Positions 48,462 through 56,197 of a stretch of 64,000 nucleotides of DNA are shown here, in pieces. This DNA is from Clostridia bacterium (GTDB taxonomy: Bacteria; Bacillota; Clostridia; HGM11327). The notes beneath the pieces were generated by a model that was not told the DNA's origin, searched no databases, and saw only the letters and a program-made list of their open reading frames with translations. Both the position numbers and the translations under genes were made by a program. How positions within the stretch are numbered: position 1 is the stretch's first letter; each line of letters begins with the position of its first letter. The stretch covers positions 18,408-82,407 of the forward strand of contig JAZQMY010000024.1 in the NCBI GenBank assembly GCA_045627045.1. Direction: 5' to 3'.

Positions 48462-50009
48462 ATGATTTATAACGAAAAAATTGCATATTACGCTGAAGCA
48501 CTTCTGAATTATGCAAGAAAAAAGGAATTATTTGACACCAGAGACACCGTTTACGTTCGCAATGCACTTATCTCGAAGCTCCTTCTGGATAAGCCTTATG
48601 ACGGCGTATGTGCCGACACTCCGGACGAGCCGGCGCCGATACTCGAAAAGCTTCTCGATGAGATTGCAAGTGATAAGGAGCGTCAGCCGATACTTCTTCC
48701 CGACAACACCGTAACCTACCGTGATCTTCTCGACACGGCAATAATGGGTTGTCTCGTTGAGTGGCCCTCAGTGGTAACATCAAGATTTGAGGCTCTCGAA
48801 TCAATGGAAGGTATCCACGCCGCAACAGATTATTTCTATGCGCTTGCTCTTGATTCAAACTACATCCGCCGTGACAGGATCAGAAAGAACAAAATCTGGT
48901 CATATCAGAGCAGATATGCAAACCTCACTGTTACGATTAATCTCACAAAGCCTGAAAAGGATCCGAAGGAAATCGCCAAGCTCAAATCGATCCCTGCAAG
49001 CGGATATCCCAAGTGTCTTCTCTGCCCCCAGAACGAGGGTTACAGCGGCACGGCAAATAACCCCGCAAGACAGAACCACAGAGTAATACCTCTCACTCTT
49101 AACGGTGAATCATGGTCAATGCAGTATTCACCTTACGTTTACTATAATGAACACTGCATCGTTTTCAGAAACGAGCATCTTCCTATGAAGATAGAGCATG
49201 ACTCATTCATTCGTCTGCTCTCATTCTGTGAGAGAGTGCCTCACTACTTCATAGGCTCCAATTCAGACCTGCCAATCGTAGGCGGCTCAATTCTCACTCA
49301 CGATCATTTCCAGGGCGGTAATGCGGTAATGCCTATGTTCACGAGCTCCGTTGTGGCAAAGTTCACATCCGAAAAGTTCCCGTCAACAGAGATGGCAATC
49401 ATCAACTGGCCTATGTCAACGGTGAAACTCACAGGCACAGATAAAAACGAGCTTACGGAAGCCGCTTATGAAATTCACACAAAGTGGATGAATTACTCCG
49501 ACCCCGAGCACGATATCATAGCATATACGGACGGCACAAGACACAACACCGTCACACCTATCGTCCGCAAAGAAGACAATAAATTTGCCGTTTACATCGT
49601 TCTCCGCAACAACCGCACATCCGAGGCTCATCCTGACGGTATTTTCCATCCTCACAAGGAATGGCATCATATCAAGAAGGAAAATATCGGTCTCATCGAG
49701 GTTATGGGCTACTTCATCCTTCCGGGAAGACTTGCAAACGAGCTGAAGCTTCTTGCCGATGCAATGGTGAACGATTCTCTTGACAGCCTTGCCGAGAATT
49801 CACCTGCATTCAAGCACAAGGACTGGGCAAAGGAAATTCTTGCAAGAGAAAAGATCACCGCAGAAAACGTTACCGAAATCCTCCGTAAGGAAGTCGGCGC
49901 TGTCTGCACTCACGTTCTTGAAGACTCAGGCGTTTTCAAGACAGATGCAAAGGGCATAAGCGGATTCACGAAATTCCTCACAACAGAGTTATCCTACAAA
50001 GCCGAATAA
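48462..50009 (+). CDS. galT: UDP-glucose--hexose-1-phosphate uridylyltransferase (long Gram-positive type-2 GalT)
   Basis: 515 aa. It is divergent from galE and galK. A putative promoter TTGACAttttatgctatcgtataTTATAT lies upstream. Confidence 0.85.
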   Translation: MIYNEKIAYYAEALLNYARKKELFDTRDTVYVRNALISKLLLDKPYDGVCADTPDEPAPILEKLLDEIASDKERQPILLPDNTVTYRDLLDTAIMGCLVEWPSVVTSRFEALESMEGIHAATDYFYALALDSNYIRRDRIRKNKIWSYQSRYANLTVTINLTKPEKDPKEIAKLKSIPASGYPKCLLCPQNEGYSGTANNPARQNHRVIPLTLNGESWSMQYSPYVYYNEHCIVFRNEHLPMKIEHDSFIRLLSFCERVPHYFIGSNSDLPIVGGSILTHDHFQGGNAVMPMFTSSVVAKFTSEKFPSTEMAIINWPMSTVKLTGTDKNELTEAAYEIHTKWMNYSDPEHDIIAYTDGTRHNTVTPIVRKEDNKFAVYIVLRNNRTSEAHPDGIFHPHKEWHHIKKENIGLIEVMGYFILPGRLANELKLLADAMVNDSLDSLAENSPAFKHKDWAKEILAREKITAENVTEILRKEVGAVCTHVLEDSGVFKTDAKGISGFTKFLTTELSYKAE

Positions 50010-50018
50010 TTACAAAGC

Positions 50019-50060
50019 AAATCCCGTGGAACGTTCTCCGCGGGATTTTTTATTTTTTTT
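50019..50060 (+). terminator. rho-independent terminator of galT
   Basis: The stem AATCCCGTGGA/TCCGCGGGATT is followed by TTTTTTATTTTTTTT. Confidence 0.75.
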
Positions 50061-50099
50061 CGTGTTTTCCGCAAAAACCTATTTTTTCACTCAAAAATG

Positions 50100-50360
50100 T
50101 AAACAGATTCAACATAATTGTTATTTTTCATACAGTTTTCAACATCAGCAATACAATTTGTCAACATTGCAATGACTTTTCAACATTCAATGTTGATTTT
50201 TAAGGCTTTCAATGTGGAAAGTTATCGAAAAGTGTCTGTATTTGTTGACAAATCAACCTGTTCATGTTGAAAACCTGCTCTTTATCGTCGAAAACGCAGC
50301 TTTTTCCGTCGAAAAAAGGCAGTTCTGCTGACATTATGTCGAAAACTACCTTTGCTTTCA
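50100..50360. repeat. repeat-dense convergent intergenic region with about 7 copies of TTCAACAT/ATGTTGAA (including the palindrome TCAACATTCAATGTTGA) and 3 Spo0A-box-like (T/C)GTCGAAAA repeats
   Basis: Read directly from the sequence. See findings. Confidence 0.4.
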
Positions 50361-50383
50361 TTTTTTTATTTACTATTGGTAAA

Positions 50384-51589
50384 TCACATTTTATTTTCTT
50401 TTTTTGCCTGAACCGAGCGGATGTATTTTGTCCACCTGATATAGCCGTATGTTGTATTCGTAAGATATCCTATCTTCAGCACGAGCAGAACATACTGTCC
50501 CGAAAGGATGTTTATCACTGCCTCGCCGATCGAATTAAGATACCATGCTATCCACTGTTCTCTGTATCTGAAAAGAATAAACAAGCCGTTTGCAATGCCT
50601 ACCGCAGATACGCAGGAATCAATATAGCAAATCAGGTTGGCAAGAGATCTGTTTCCGCCGAAAAGATCAGTTGCAATGTCAAGCTGTGAAAGGAAATATC
50701 CCACCACCACCGTCCAGACCACGATTCCCGCAATAACAAGCACTGCACCAATTCCCGAAAGCTTTCTTACTACCGTCAGTTCCTCTTCGTCCTTGTCGGG
50801 ATGCTTGTGCCAGTTGAAGAAGCTTATTATATCAACAGGCAGCCAGAAGAAGAGAGTTGTTGCCATTGTTGCGAATCTGTAAGCAAGCAATACGCAGATG
50901 AGTATCTCCGCCAACTCAACAAATATGGACACTATAAAGTTCCATTTGCTCTGCTTTGATATCAGCAATTCGCAAAGGATGTTAAGGAACGTATCCAAAA
51001 GATACAATACCATTATCCACAAACCGTTTATTCCGTTCATATCCTCTTCGGGGAAAATGACGGATACGACCGATGCCGCAGCAAGTATCGAAATAAACCA
51101 GATTTTCTCGTATGTAGTGAAGAATCCTGCAAAAAAGGTTATTACCGCAAGTCCGACCGCAACAAGCAGAAGAGCAACTGCTACACCGAACAGTGAATTC
51201 TGTTCTTCAGCAAATAAATTTTTTGCGCCGGATAGTATTTCGGCTTCGTCCGGTTCATGGTCAAATGCGATATATTCCGATTCATTTATCTCATAAACCC
51301 AGCCCTCTACCGTCTCGTCTTCGGCAAGCTCTTCCCACTCTTCGTAGGAATAATCAACGTACATCGTATAATCTTCTGACTCGAATTCCACACGACATAT
51401 CGTTTCGTTTTCATGGTCTTCCTCCGGATCATACACCCTTTCAAACGTATACTTTCCGGTGAAGTTATATGTCACGGCTTTATTTACCGCAACTGTTCCC
51501 ATCGCAAACAATACAACCGATGCGATGATAAGAATAGCCATGACAACAATTTCACTGTAAAATAATTTTCCTTTTTTCATTCCGATCAA
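50384..51589 (-). CDS. membrane protein with a C-terminal PnuC-like (nicotinamide riboside transporter family) domain and a highly acidic N-terminal extracytoplasmic extension
   Basis: 401 aa. One N-terminal TM helix, then a region of about 110 aa rich in D and E, then about 7 TM helices with PnuC-like W/N-rich loops. The family assignment is tentative. Confidence 0.45.
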   Translation of the reverse strand: MIGMKKGKLFYSEIVVMAILIIASVVLFAMGTVAVNKAVTYNFTGKYTFERVYDPEEDHENETICRVEFESEDYTMYVDYSYEEWEELAEDETVEGWVYEINESEYIAFDHEPDEAEILSGAKNLFAEEQNSLFGVAVALLLVAVGLAVITFFAGFFTTYEKIWFISILAAASVVSVIFPEEDMNGINGLWIMVLYLLDTFLNILCELLISKQSKWNFIVSIFVELAEILICVLLAYRFATMATTLFFWLPVDIISFFNWHKHPDKDEEELTVVRKLSGIGAVLVIAGIVVWTVVVGYFLSQLDIATDLFGGNRSLANLICYIDSCVSAVGIANGLFILFRYREQWIAWYLNSIGEAVINILSGQYVLLVLKIGYLTNTTYGYIRWTKYIRSVQAKKENKM

Positions 51590-52893
51590 TCAAGCTTTAC
51601 AAGCCCCTCCTCGTACATTGTCTGCAAACTCATAAGGATACCCAGCTTTGCTGACGGCCACGTGAGACCGCCCTGGAAATAAATCGCATATGGCTCACGG
51701 ATCGGACCATCTGCGCTGAGCTCTATTGATGAGCCCTGAACAAATGCTCCTGCCGCCATGATAACATCCGAATCATAGCCCGGCATTGCATACGGTTCAG
51801 GCGTTACGTAGCTGTCAACAGGTGCAGCCTTCTGAATGCCCTTGCAGAATGCGATCATTCTTTCTCTTGATCCGAGCTCAACTGACTGGATTATATCATA
51901 TCTTTCTTCTTTTCCGTTCGGAACAACATTGAATCCGAGCTTTTCATATATGTTTGCCGCAAGTATTGCGCCCTTGAGTGCGCTTGCAACAACAGTAGGA
52001 GCAATAAAGAAGCCCTGATAAAGTGCCGTCATAACGCTGAGGCTTGCGCCGACCTCCTGACCGAGTCCCGGTGCAGAAAGACGGTATGCACATCTGTCAA
52101 TATACTTTTTCTTTCCCACAATGTAGCCGCCTATAGGTGCAAGACCGCCGCCGGGGTTCTTGATGAGTGAGCCAACAGTCATATCTGCGCCTACATCAGA
52201 CGGCTCAACTCTGTCAACGAATTCACCGTAGCAGTTATCGACCATGACGCAGATATCAGGCTTGATGCTCTTTACAAAGCTTATCAGCTCGCCTATCTGC
52301 TTTACAGAGTATGTCGGGCGCATCTGATAGCCCTTTGAGCGCTGAATCGTTACAAGCTTTGTTTTCTCATTGATTGCTTTTCTGATATTTTCATAATCAA
52401 ACGTTCCGTCCGGCAAAAGGTCGACCTGCCTGTATGATACGCCGTACTCTTTTAGTGAGCAGACAGATTCTCTTATACCTATGACCTCCTCAAGAGTATC
52501 ATAGGGCTTGCCTGCCGGGGAGAGAAGCTCGTCTCCCGGAAGAAGGTTTGCAGACAGTGCTATTGTCAGGGCATGAGTGCCGCAGGTGATCTGCGGGCGG
52601 ACAAGTGCCGCCTCCGTGTGGAAGCATGACGCATATACCTCCTCGAGAGTATCCCTTCCTATATCGTTATAGCCGTATCCGGTCGTTCCTGCAAAGCAAA
52701 CCGCATTCACTCTGTTCTTCTGCATTGCATCTATTACTTTAAGCTGATTGTATTCAGCAGTTTCATCTATCCTGTCGAATCTTTCCTCAAGCCCCTTCAG
52801 AATTTCTTCGGCGAAATTCAATACCTTTTCGGAAACACCGAGATTTGCATACATTTCATTAATTTTACTGTTATTTGCTTTCATTATCTTCAT
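51586..52893 (-). CDS. methionine gamma-lyase family / YnbB-like PLP-dependent protein (the so-called aluminium-resistance protein family)
   Basis: 435 aa. PLP fold (Cys/Met-metabolism family). The start is possibly the internal MYANLG (52856), which would remove the overlap with the upstream gene. Confidence 0.7.
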   Translation of the reverse strand: MKIMKANNSKINEMYANLGVSEKVLNFAEEILKGLEERFDRIDETAEYNQLKVIDAMQKNRVNAVCFAGTTGYGYNDIGRDTLEEVYASCFHTEAALVRPQITCGTHALTIALSANLLPGDELLSPAGKPYDTLEEVIGIRESVCSLKEYGVSYRQVDLLPDGTFDYENIRKAINEKTKLVTIQRSKGYQMRPTYSVKQIGELISFVKSIKPDICVMVDNCYGEFVDRVEPSDVGADMTVGSLIKNPGGGLAPIGGYIVGKKKYIDRCAYRLSAPGLGQEVGASLSVMTALYQGFFIAPTVVASALKGAILAANIYEKLGFNVVPNGKEERYDIIQSVELGSRERMIAFCKGIQKAAPVDSYVTPEPYAMPGYDSDVIMAAGAFVQGSSIELSADGPIREPYAIYFQGGLTWPSAKLGILMSLQTMYEEGLVKLD

Positions 52894-53125
52894 TCTCCCT
52901 TTCCTCGTACAGTATTTTCATTGCAACATTATTTATAACGTCAGGACGGGACACTATGATCCCCTTATCATCATTCCCGAGAACAAGCAGTGTGTCTCCC
53001 GGCTTTATGCCGAAAAGCTCCCTTGCTTCCTTTGGTATGACTATCTGCCCTTTTTCTCCGACCTTGACTGTACCGAAAATATGATTGCCCTTAGGCATTC
53101 CGAGCAAATGCTTTCCGTTTGCCAT
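52871..53125 (-). CDS. AbrB/MazE/SpoVT-family DNA-binding protein
   Basis: 84 aa. Swapped-hairpin beta-barrel motif (GTVKVGEKGQIVIPKEARELFGIKPGDTLLV). Acidic C-terminal tail. Confidence 0.7.
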   Translation of the reverse strand: MANGKHLLGMPKGNHIFGTVKVGEKGQIVIPKEARELFGIKPGDTLLVLGNDDKGIIVSRPDVINNVAMKILYEERENEDNESK

Positions 53126-53167
53126 ATTCCCTCCATAATATAGTTATACTTTTCCTACAAGTAGGAA

Positions 53168-53196
53168 TTATACCACAACAAGCTTCATTTGTCAAT
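53168..53196 (-). promoter_or_regulatory. sigma-A promoter (TTGACA, 17-nt spacer, TATAAT) of the AbrB-like gene, with the palindrome TTCCTACAAGTAGGAA (53153-53168) at its +1 region
   Basis: On the minus strand: TTGACAaatgaagcttgttgtggTATAATtcctacttgtaggaaaag...GGAGGgaatATG. Confidence 0.65.
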
Positions 53197-53198
53197 AT

Positions 53199-53228
53199 AA
53201 AAAAGAGGATGCACGATGGCATCCTCTC
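53199..53228 (-). terminator. rho-independent terminator of the lipoprotein gene
   Basis: On the minus strand the stem AGAGGATGC/GCATCCTCT is followed by TTTTTTAT. Confidence 0.65.
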
Positions 53229-53242
53229 CAAGATCCTGTTTA

Positions 53243-54070
53243 TTATTCGATTATGCTGTTCTTTGAAGTAAGATAGAGCAAGAAATCGACTGATGTTTCC
53301 TGCACAGCAACAGTCAGCTCCTTGCCTTCCTCAACAGTGCCTGCCGTAAATTTGATCCGCGTCTGCTTTCCGTTGAAGTTGCCCTTTATGTCTTCAATAA
53401 GCTCAAAAGTGTAGTCTTCGGAATTGCTGGCTCTGTATTCATCTACCTTTTCATTAAGTCTGACCTTAATGATATACTGTGATTTTTCAAGTATCTCTTC
53501 CCTGTCTTCAGACCTTATGAATTCCCTGCCGAGTATTTCTGCCGGAGTGGTTTTTTCTGCTTCTTTTCTTATGTATGAGAGGATTTCCTCCTTATCGGAT
53601 TTTTCATCAAGCTCATCCGTAAGCTCATAAAGAGGTTTTCCCGAATAAGTGACCGCCGTCTTCTCATCAAGAGGGAAGAACAATCTTATGCACGGATAAT
53701 ATCTGTCGTTTTCCGCGTACACAGTTACACCCTTCATAAGGAAAAGCACGTATTCAGAGCCTATCTTATAATCAAGGCCGCCGGCCTCTGTGACATTCTG
53801 CATGAAAACATTTATCTTGTCGCCGTTGGTCGTACCCATTATGTTCTCCTTCACGTTGAAAACTAAAGCCTTCAGATTGCAATCCTTAGTCTCGCCGACA
53901 CATTCCGCACGAATGATATTCGAACAAACAGCCAGGGCTTTATCATACGGATATGGATCCGATAAATAAATATAATCGACCTCATCTTCATTGGCAGGCT
54001 TATTGTTTCCTGTGCAGCCGCACAAAGCAATAATGCTTAACACACATAAAATACATAGAATCTTTTTCAT
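53243..54070 (-). CDS. hypothetical lipoprotein
   Basis: 275 aa. Lipobox ALCGC. No recognisable catalytic motif. Confidence 0.5.
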   Translation of the reverse strand: MKKILCILCVLSIIALCGCTGNNKPANEDEVDYIYLSDPYPYDKALAVCSNIIRAECVGETKDCNLKALVFNVKENIMGTTNGDKINVFMQNVTEAGGLDYKIGSEYVLFLMKGVTVYAENDRYYPCIRLFFPLDEKTAVTYSGKPLYELTDELDEKSDKEEILSYIRKEAEKTTPAEILGREFIRSEDREEILEKSQYIIKVRLNEKVDEYRASNSEDYTFELIEDIKGNFNGKQTRIKFTAGTVEEGKELTVAVQETSVDFLLYLTSKNSIIE

Positions 54071-54083
54071 TTTCTTTTCCTCC

Positions 54084-54653
54084 TTAATTATAAGCTTGGC
54101 TTAAATGATTTTTATCATAATTTGATAAATTTGTATTATTTGAATTTCCCTGTTTCATTACCCCATAATAGTTATCATCTACAATGTGACCATAATACCC
54201 TAAGGCATGACCAAATTCATGAAGCACGGTCTTTTGTTCCTGATTTTCATAGTAATTTTTCCAGCACGAGGTGCTACTAGACTGCACAATTTGTGCTCCA
54301 TCAGATGAGGAACTATTCTTAACGGCTAATTCCAAGCTCGGATTTGCAACCGATTTTATTCTGTAATACACTTGTCCATGGTCACGTTCTTTTTCAAAGC
54401 TCCATTTTTGGTAGTTGCTTCCAGTAAAATCATAAATATGTATCGACGCATTATTAGCATTCGAATTATTCTCCGGTGCAACACATTTACCATTTTTTGC
54501 ATTTACAATATAGTATTCTCCTTCAGGAATACTAATTGTCAATGCCTGTATTCCATCTGAGGAATACGCTGACGCCGAAGCAATACATAATAGTTGTAAA
54601 ATCATTACAATTACAATGCAAGCTACTAATTTTTTCTCATAGAAAAAATACAT
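54084..54653 (-). CDS. small secreted protein with a metzincin zinc-binding motif (HExxHxxGxxH), putative mini-metalloprotease, in an AT-rich segment
   Basis: 189 aa. N-terminal hydrophobic signal. The C-terminus reads TVLHEFGHALGYYGHIVDDNYYGVM (HEFGHALGYYGH plus a downstream Met). The local DNA is markedly AT-rich. Confidence 0.45.
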   Translation of the reverse strand: MYFFYEKKLVACIVIVMILQLLCIASASAYSSDGIQALTISIPEGEYYIVNAKNGKCVAPENNSNANNASIHIYDFTGSNYQKWSFEKERDHGQVYYRIKSVANPSLELAVKNSSSSDGAQIVQSSSTSCWKNYYENQEQKTVLHEFGHALGYYGHIVDDNYYGVMKQGNSNNTNLSNYDKNHLSQAYN

Positions 54654-54682
54654 CCTAACAACAAATATTGTGTTTCAATTAC

Positions 54683-54710
54683 ATTATACTGTTTTTTTTT
54701 ATTATGTCAA
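54683..54710 (-). promoter_or_regulatory. sigma-A-like promoter (TTGACA, 16-nt spacer, TATAAT) for the metzincin-motif gene
   Basis: On the minus strand: TTGACAtaataaaaaaaacagTATAAT. Confidence 0.4.
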
Positions 54711-54803
54711 TACCTTTTTAATTAAATTTTTAAAATTTTTTTATTTTTTGATATTTAATATAATGTTGTGCCGTGATTCAGCTTTAATCTGTTTTCCGTG
54801 GAC

Positions 54804-55133
54804 TTATCTTAGTTTCTGCCATATCTCGCAAATGATATCTGCGATTTTCAGTCTGACCTTGACTTTCACGTTTTTTGAAGAGAGTAGCTCCTTCGGTGTG
54901 AGGTCATCCGTTCCCGAATACATCTCTCTTGTGAAGCAGACCGGCGGAAGAATGAGCGCTTCTGCATTGTCTGCGGGTACGCAAAAACCCGGCTGTATCT
55001 CGGATACGGTCGGGTATATCGTTATAAGTATTGCAAGCACCGTCAGAATTACAACGGTTCTGATGTAGCATTTTCTGTTTTTCATCTGTGATCTTACCTT
55101 TCGTTCGTTGTACGAAAAGTATTGCCCGATCAC
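54804..55133 (-). CDS. small hypothetical secreted or membrane protein
   Basis: 109-aa ORF with a signal-like TVVILTVLAILITI segment. It overlaps the upstream GGDEF-like gene by 4 nt (ATGA), which is the main support for it being real. Confidence 0.35.
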   Translation of the reverse strand: MIGQYFSYNERKVRSQMKNRKCYIRTVVILTVLAILITIYPTVSEIQPGFCVPADNAEALILPPVCFTREMYSGTDDLTPKELLSSKNVKVKVRLKIADIICEIWQKLR

Positions 55134-56197
55134 TTCTCTTTTATTCCGTCCCCGGCAATAAAATCAACAACTTTTCCTCTGTTCAGGAGCTTCATGGTAT
55201 CCACCGTCACCATATCCTCCTTGAGAGAATGCTCAATATCGTTGACGAGGATTTTCAGTGAAATATCCGCAAGCTCCGGTTCGTTGTACTTGAGTGCCTC
55301 AAAGTTGCTGTAAACTACTCTTGCTATTCCTTCGGCATTAACGACGTCTTTGTTGAAGAGCAGCACAGCAATGCAGTCTTCCTCGTATCTTGCAATGAAA
55401 TCGTTGCTCTTTACCTGCTCGGAAATGAGATCGTTTATTCTCTTTACAAGGATGTGCTCCGTTGAGTAGCTGTACTTGACTCTGTACTGATAAAGATTGT
55501 CTATGTACACCATCATTACGCCCATATTGAAGCTCGGCTCTCTTGTCTTCTTGAGACCGCTTCGGAGCATTTCCTCAAAATAATATCTGTTCGGGATCTG
55601 AGTAACATAGTCCGTTCTTATCATTTCGTTTTCCTTGCGGTTATCGCCTACAAACGGAGTGTCACTGTACTTCTGAAGCTCTTCGATGATCGTTTTGTTT
55701 ATTCTTACCTTTTCCGAAAGCTCACGATTTCTTGAATCTATTGCAAGAACATCATTCTTGATGAGGCAAACTATGCACGAAGGCAGAACAACCAGAAGCA
55801 GCTGTATGCCAATATCGAATGCTTCCGTTGCGCCATTCACGGAATAGCTTACCATCACAAATACAGAAGCTATTGCGAACGAAAGCAATACAAAGTATAC
55901 AGGGAAAAGGATTGCACATCTGAGAAGTGTGAACAAAGTCAGCGGAAGGAAAGCCTTGTCTGTAACAAATATCGAGATACATATTACAAAAGCCATATCC
56001 GCAAATTCAAGCACATAATTGAACGGTGCACTGTACGGCTGACGAAGCATAAACGGCTTCAATATCAGGAATAGTATATAAAGCACTGCAATATAAAATC
56101 CTGCCTGCTGGAACACACTTCCTTCAATGTAGAATGCAAGATATGCCACTATGGCAAGAATATTCAATAATCTTACGGCGGTTTCACGTTTCGTCAT
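55130..56197 (-). CDS. integral-membrane protein with a degenerate GGDEF domain (predicted inactive cyclase, EEDCI in place of GGDEF)
   Basis: 355 aa. About 5 N-terminal TM helices. The C-terminal domain aligns with GGDEF (DYVTQIPNRYYFEEM = D.LTGL.NR..F; MVYIDNLYQY...RINDLI; FIARYEEDCIAVLL versus LVARLGGDEFAVLL). The I-site RxxD is replaced by KSND. Confidence 0.7.
   Translation of the reverse strand: MTKRETAVRLLNILAIVAYLAFYIEGSVFQQAGFYIAVLYILFLILKPFMLRQPYSAPFNYVLEFADMAFVICISIFVTDKAFLPLTLFTLLRCAILFPVYFVLLSFAIASVFVMVSYSVNGATEAFDIGIQLLLVVLPSCIVCLIKNDVLAIDSRNRELSEKVRINKTIIEELQKYSDTPFVGDNRKENEMIRTDYVTQIPNRYYFEEMLRSGLKKTREPSFNMGVMMVYIDNLYQYRVKYSYSTEHILVKRINDLISEQVKSNDFIARYEEDCIAVLLFNKDVVNAEGIARVVYSNFEALKYNEPELADISLKILVNDIEHSLKEDMVTVDTMKLLNRGKVVDFIAGDGIKEK

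Noticed and set aside
50100-50360. Possible CRISPR array, because of the short repeated motifs
   Set aside because: The repeats are 8-9 nt long, irregularly spaced (19-30 nt) and partly inverted. They are not 25-40-nt direct repeats with uniform spacers, and there are no cas genes.
50264-50689. 141-aa plus-strand ORF starting in the repeat-dense intergenic region
   Set aside because: Most of it is antisense to the PnuC-like gene and it has no RBS. The intergenic repeats are more likely regulatory DNA or an sRNA than a peptide gene.
54084-54653. Ricin-B lectin call for the N-terminal half of the metzincin-motif protein (QKW tripeptide)
   Set aside because: There is only a single QxW-like tripeptide and no threefold internal repeat. 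It is better treated as the N-terminal subdomain of a small metzincin-like fold, pending a profile search.
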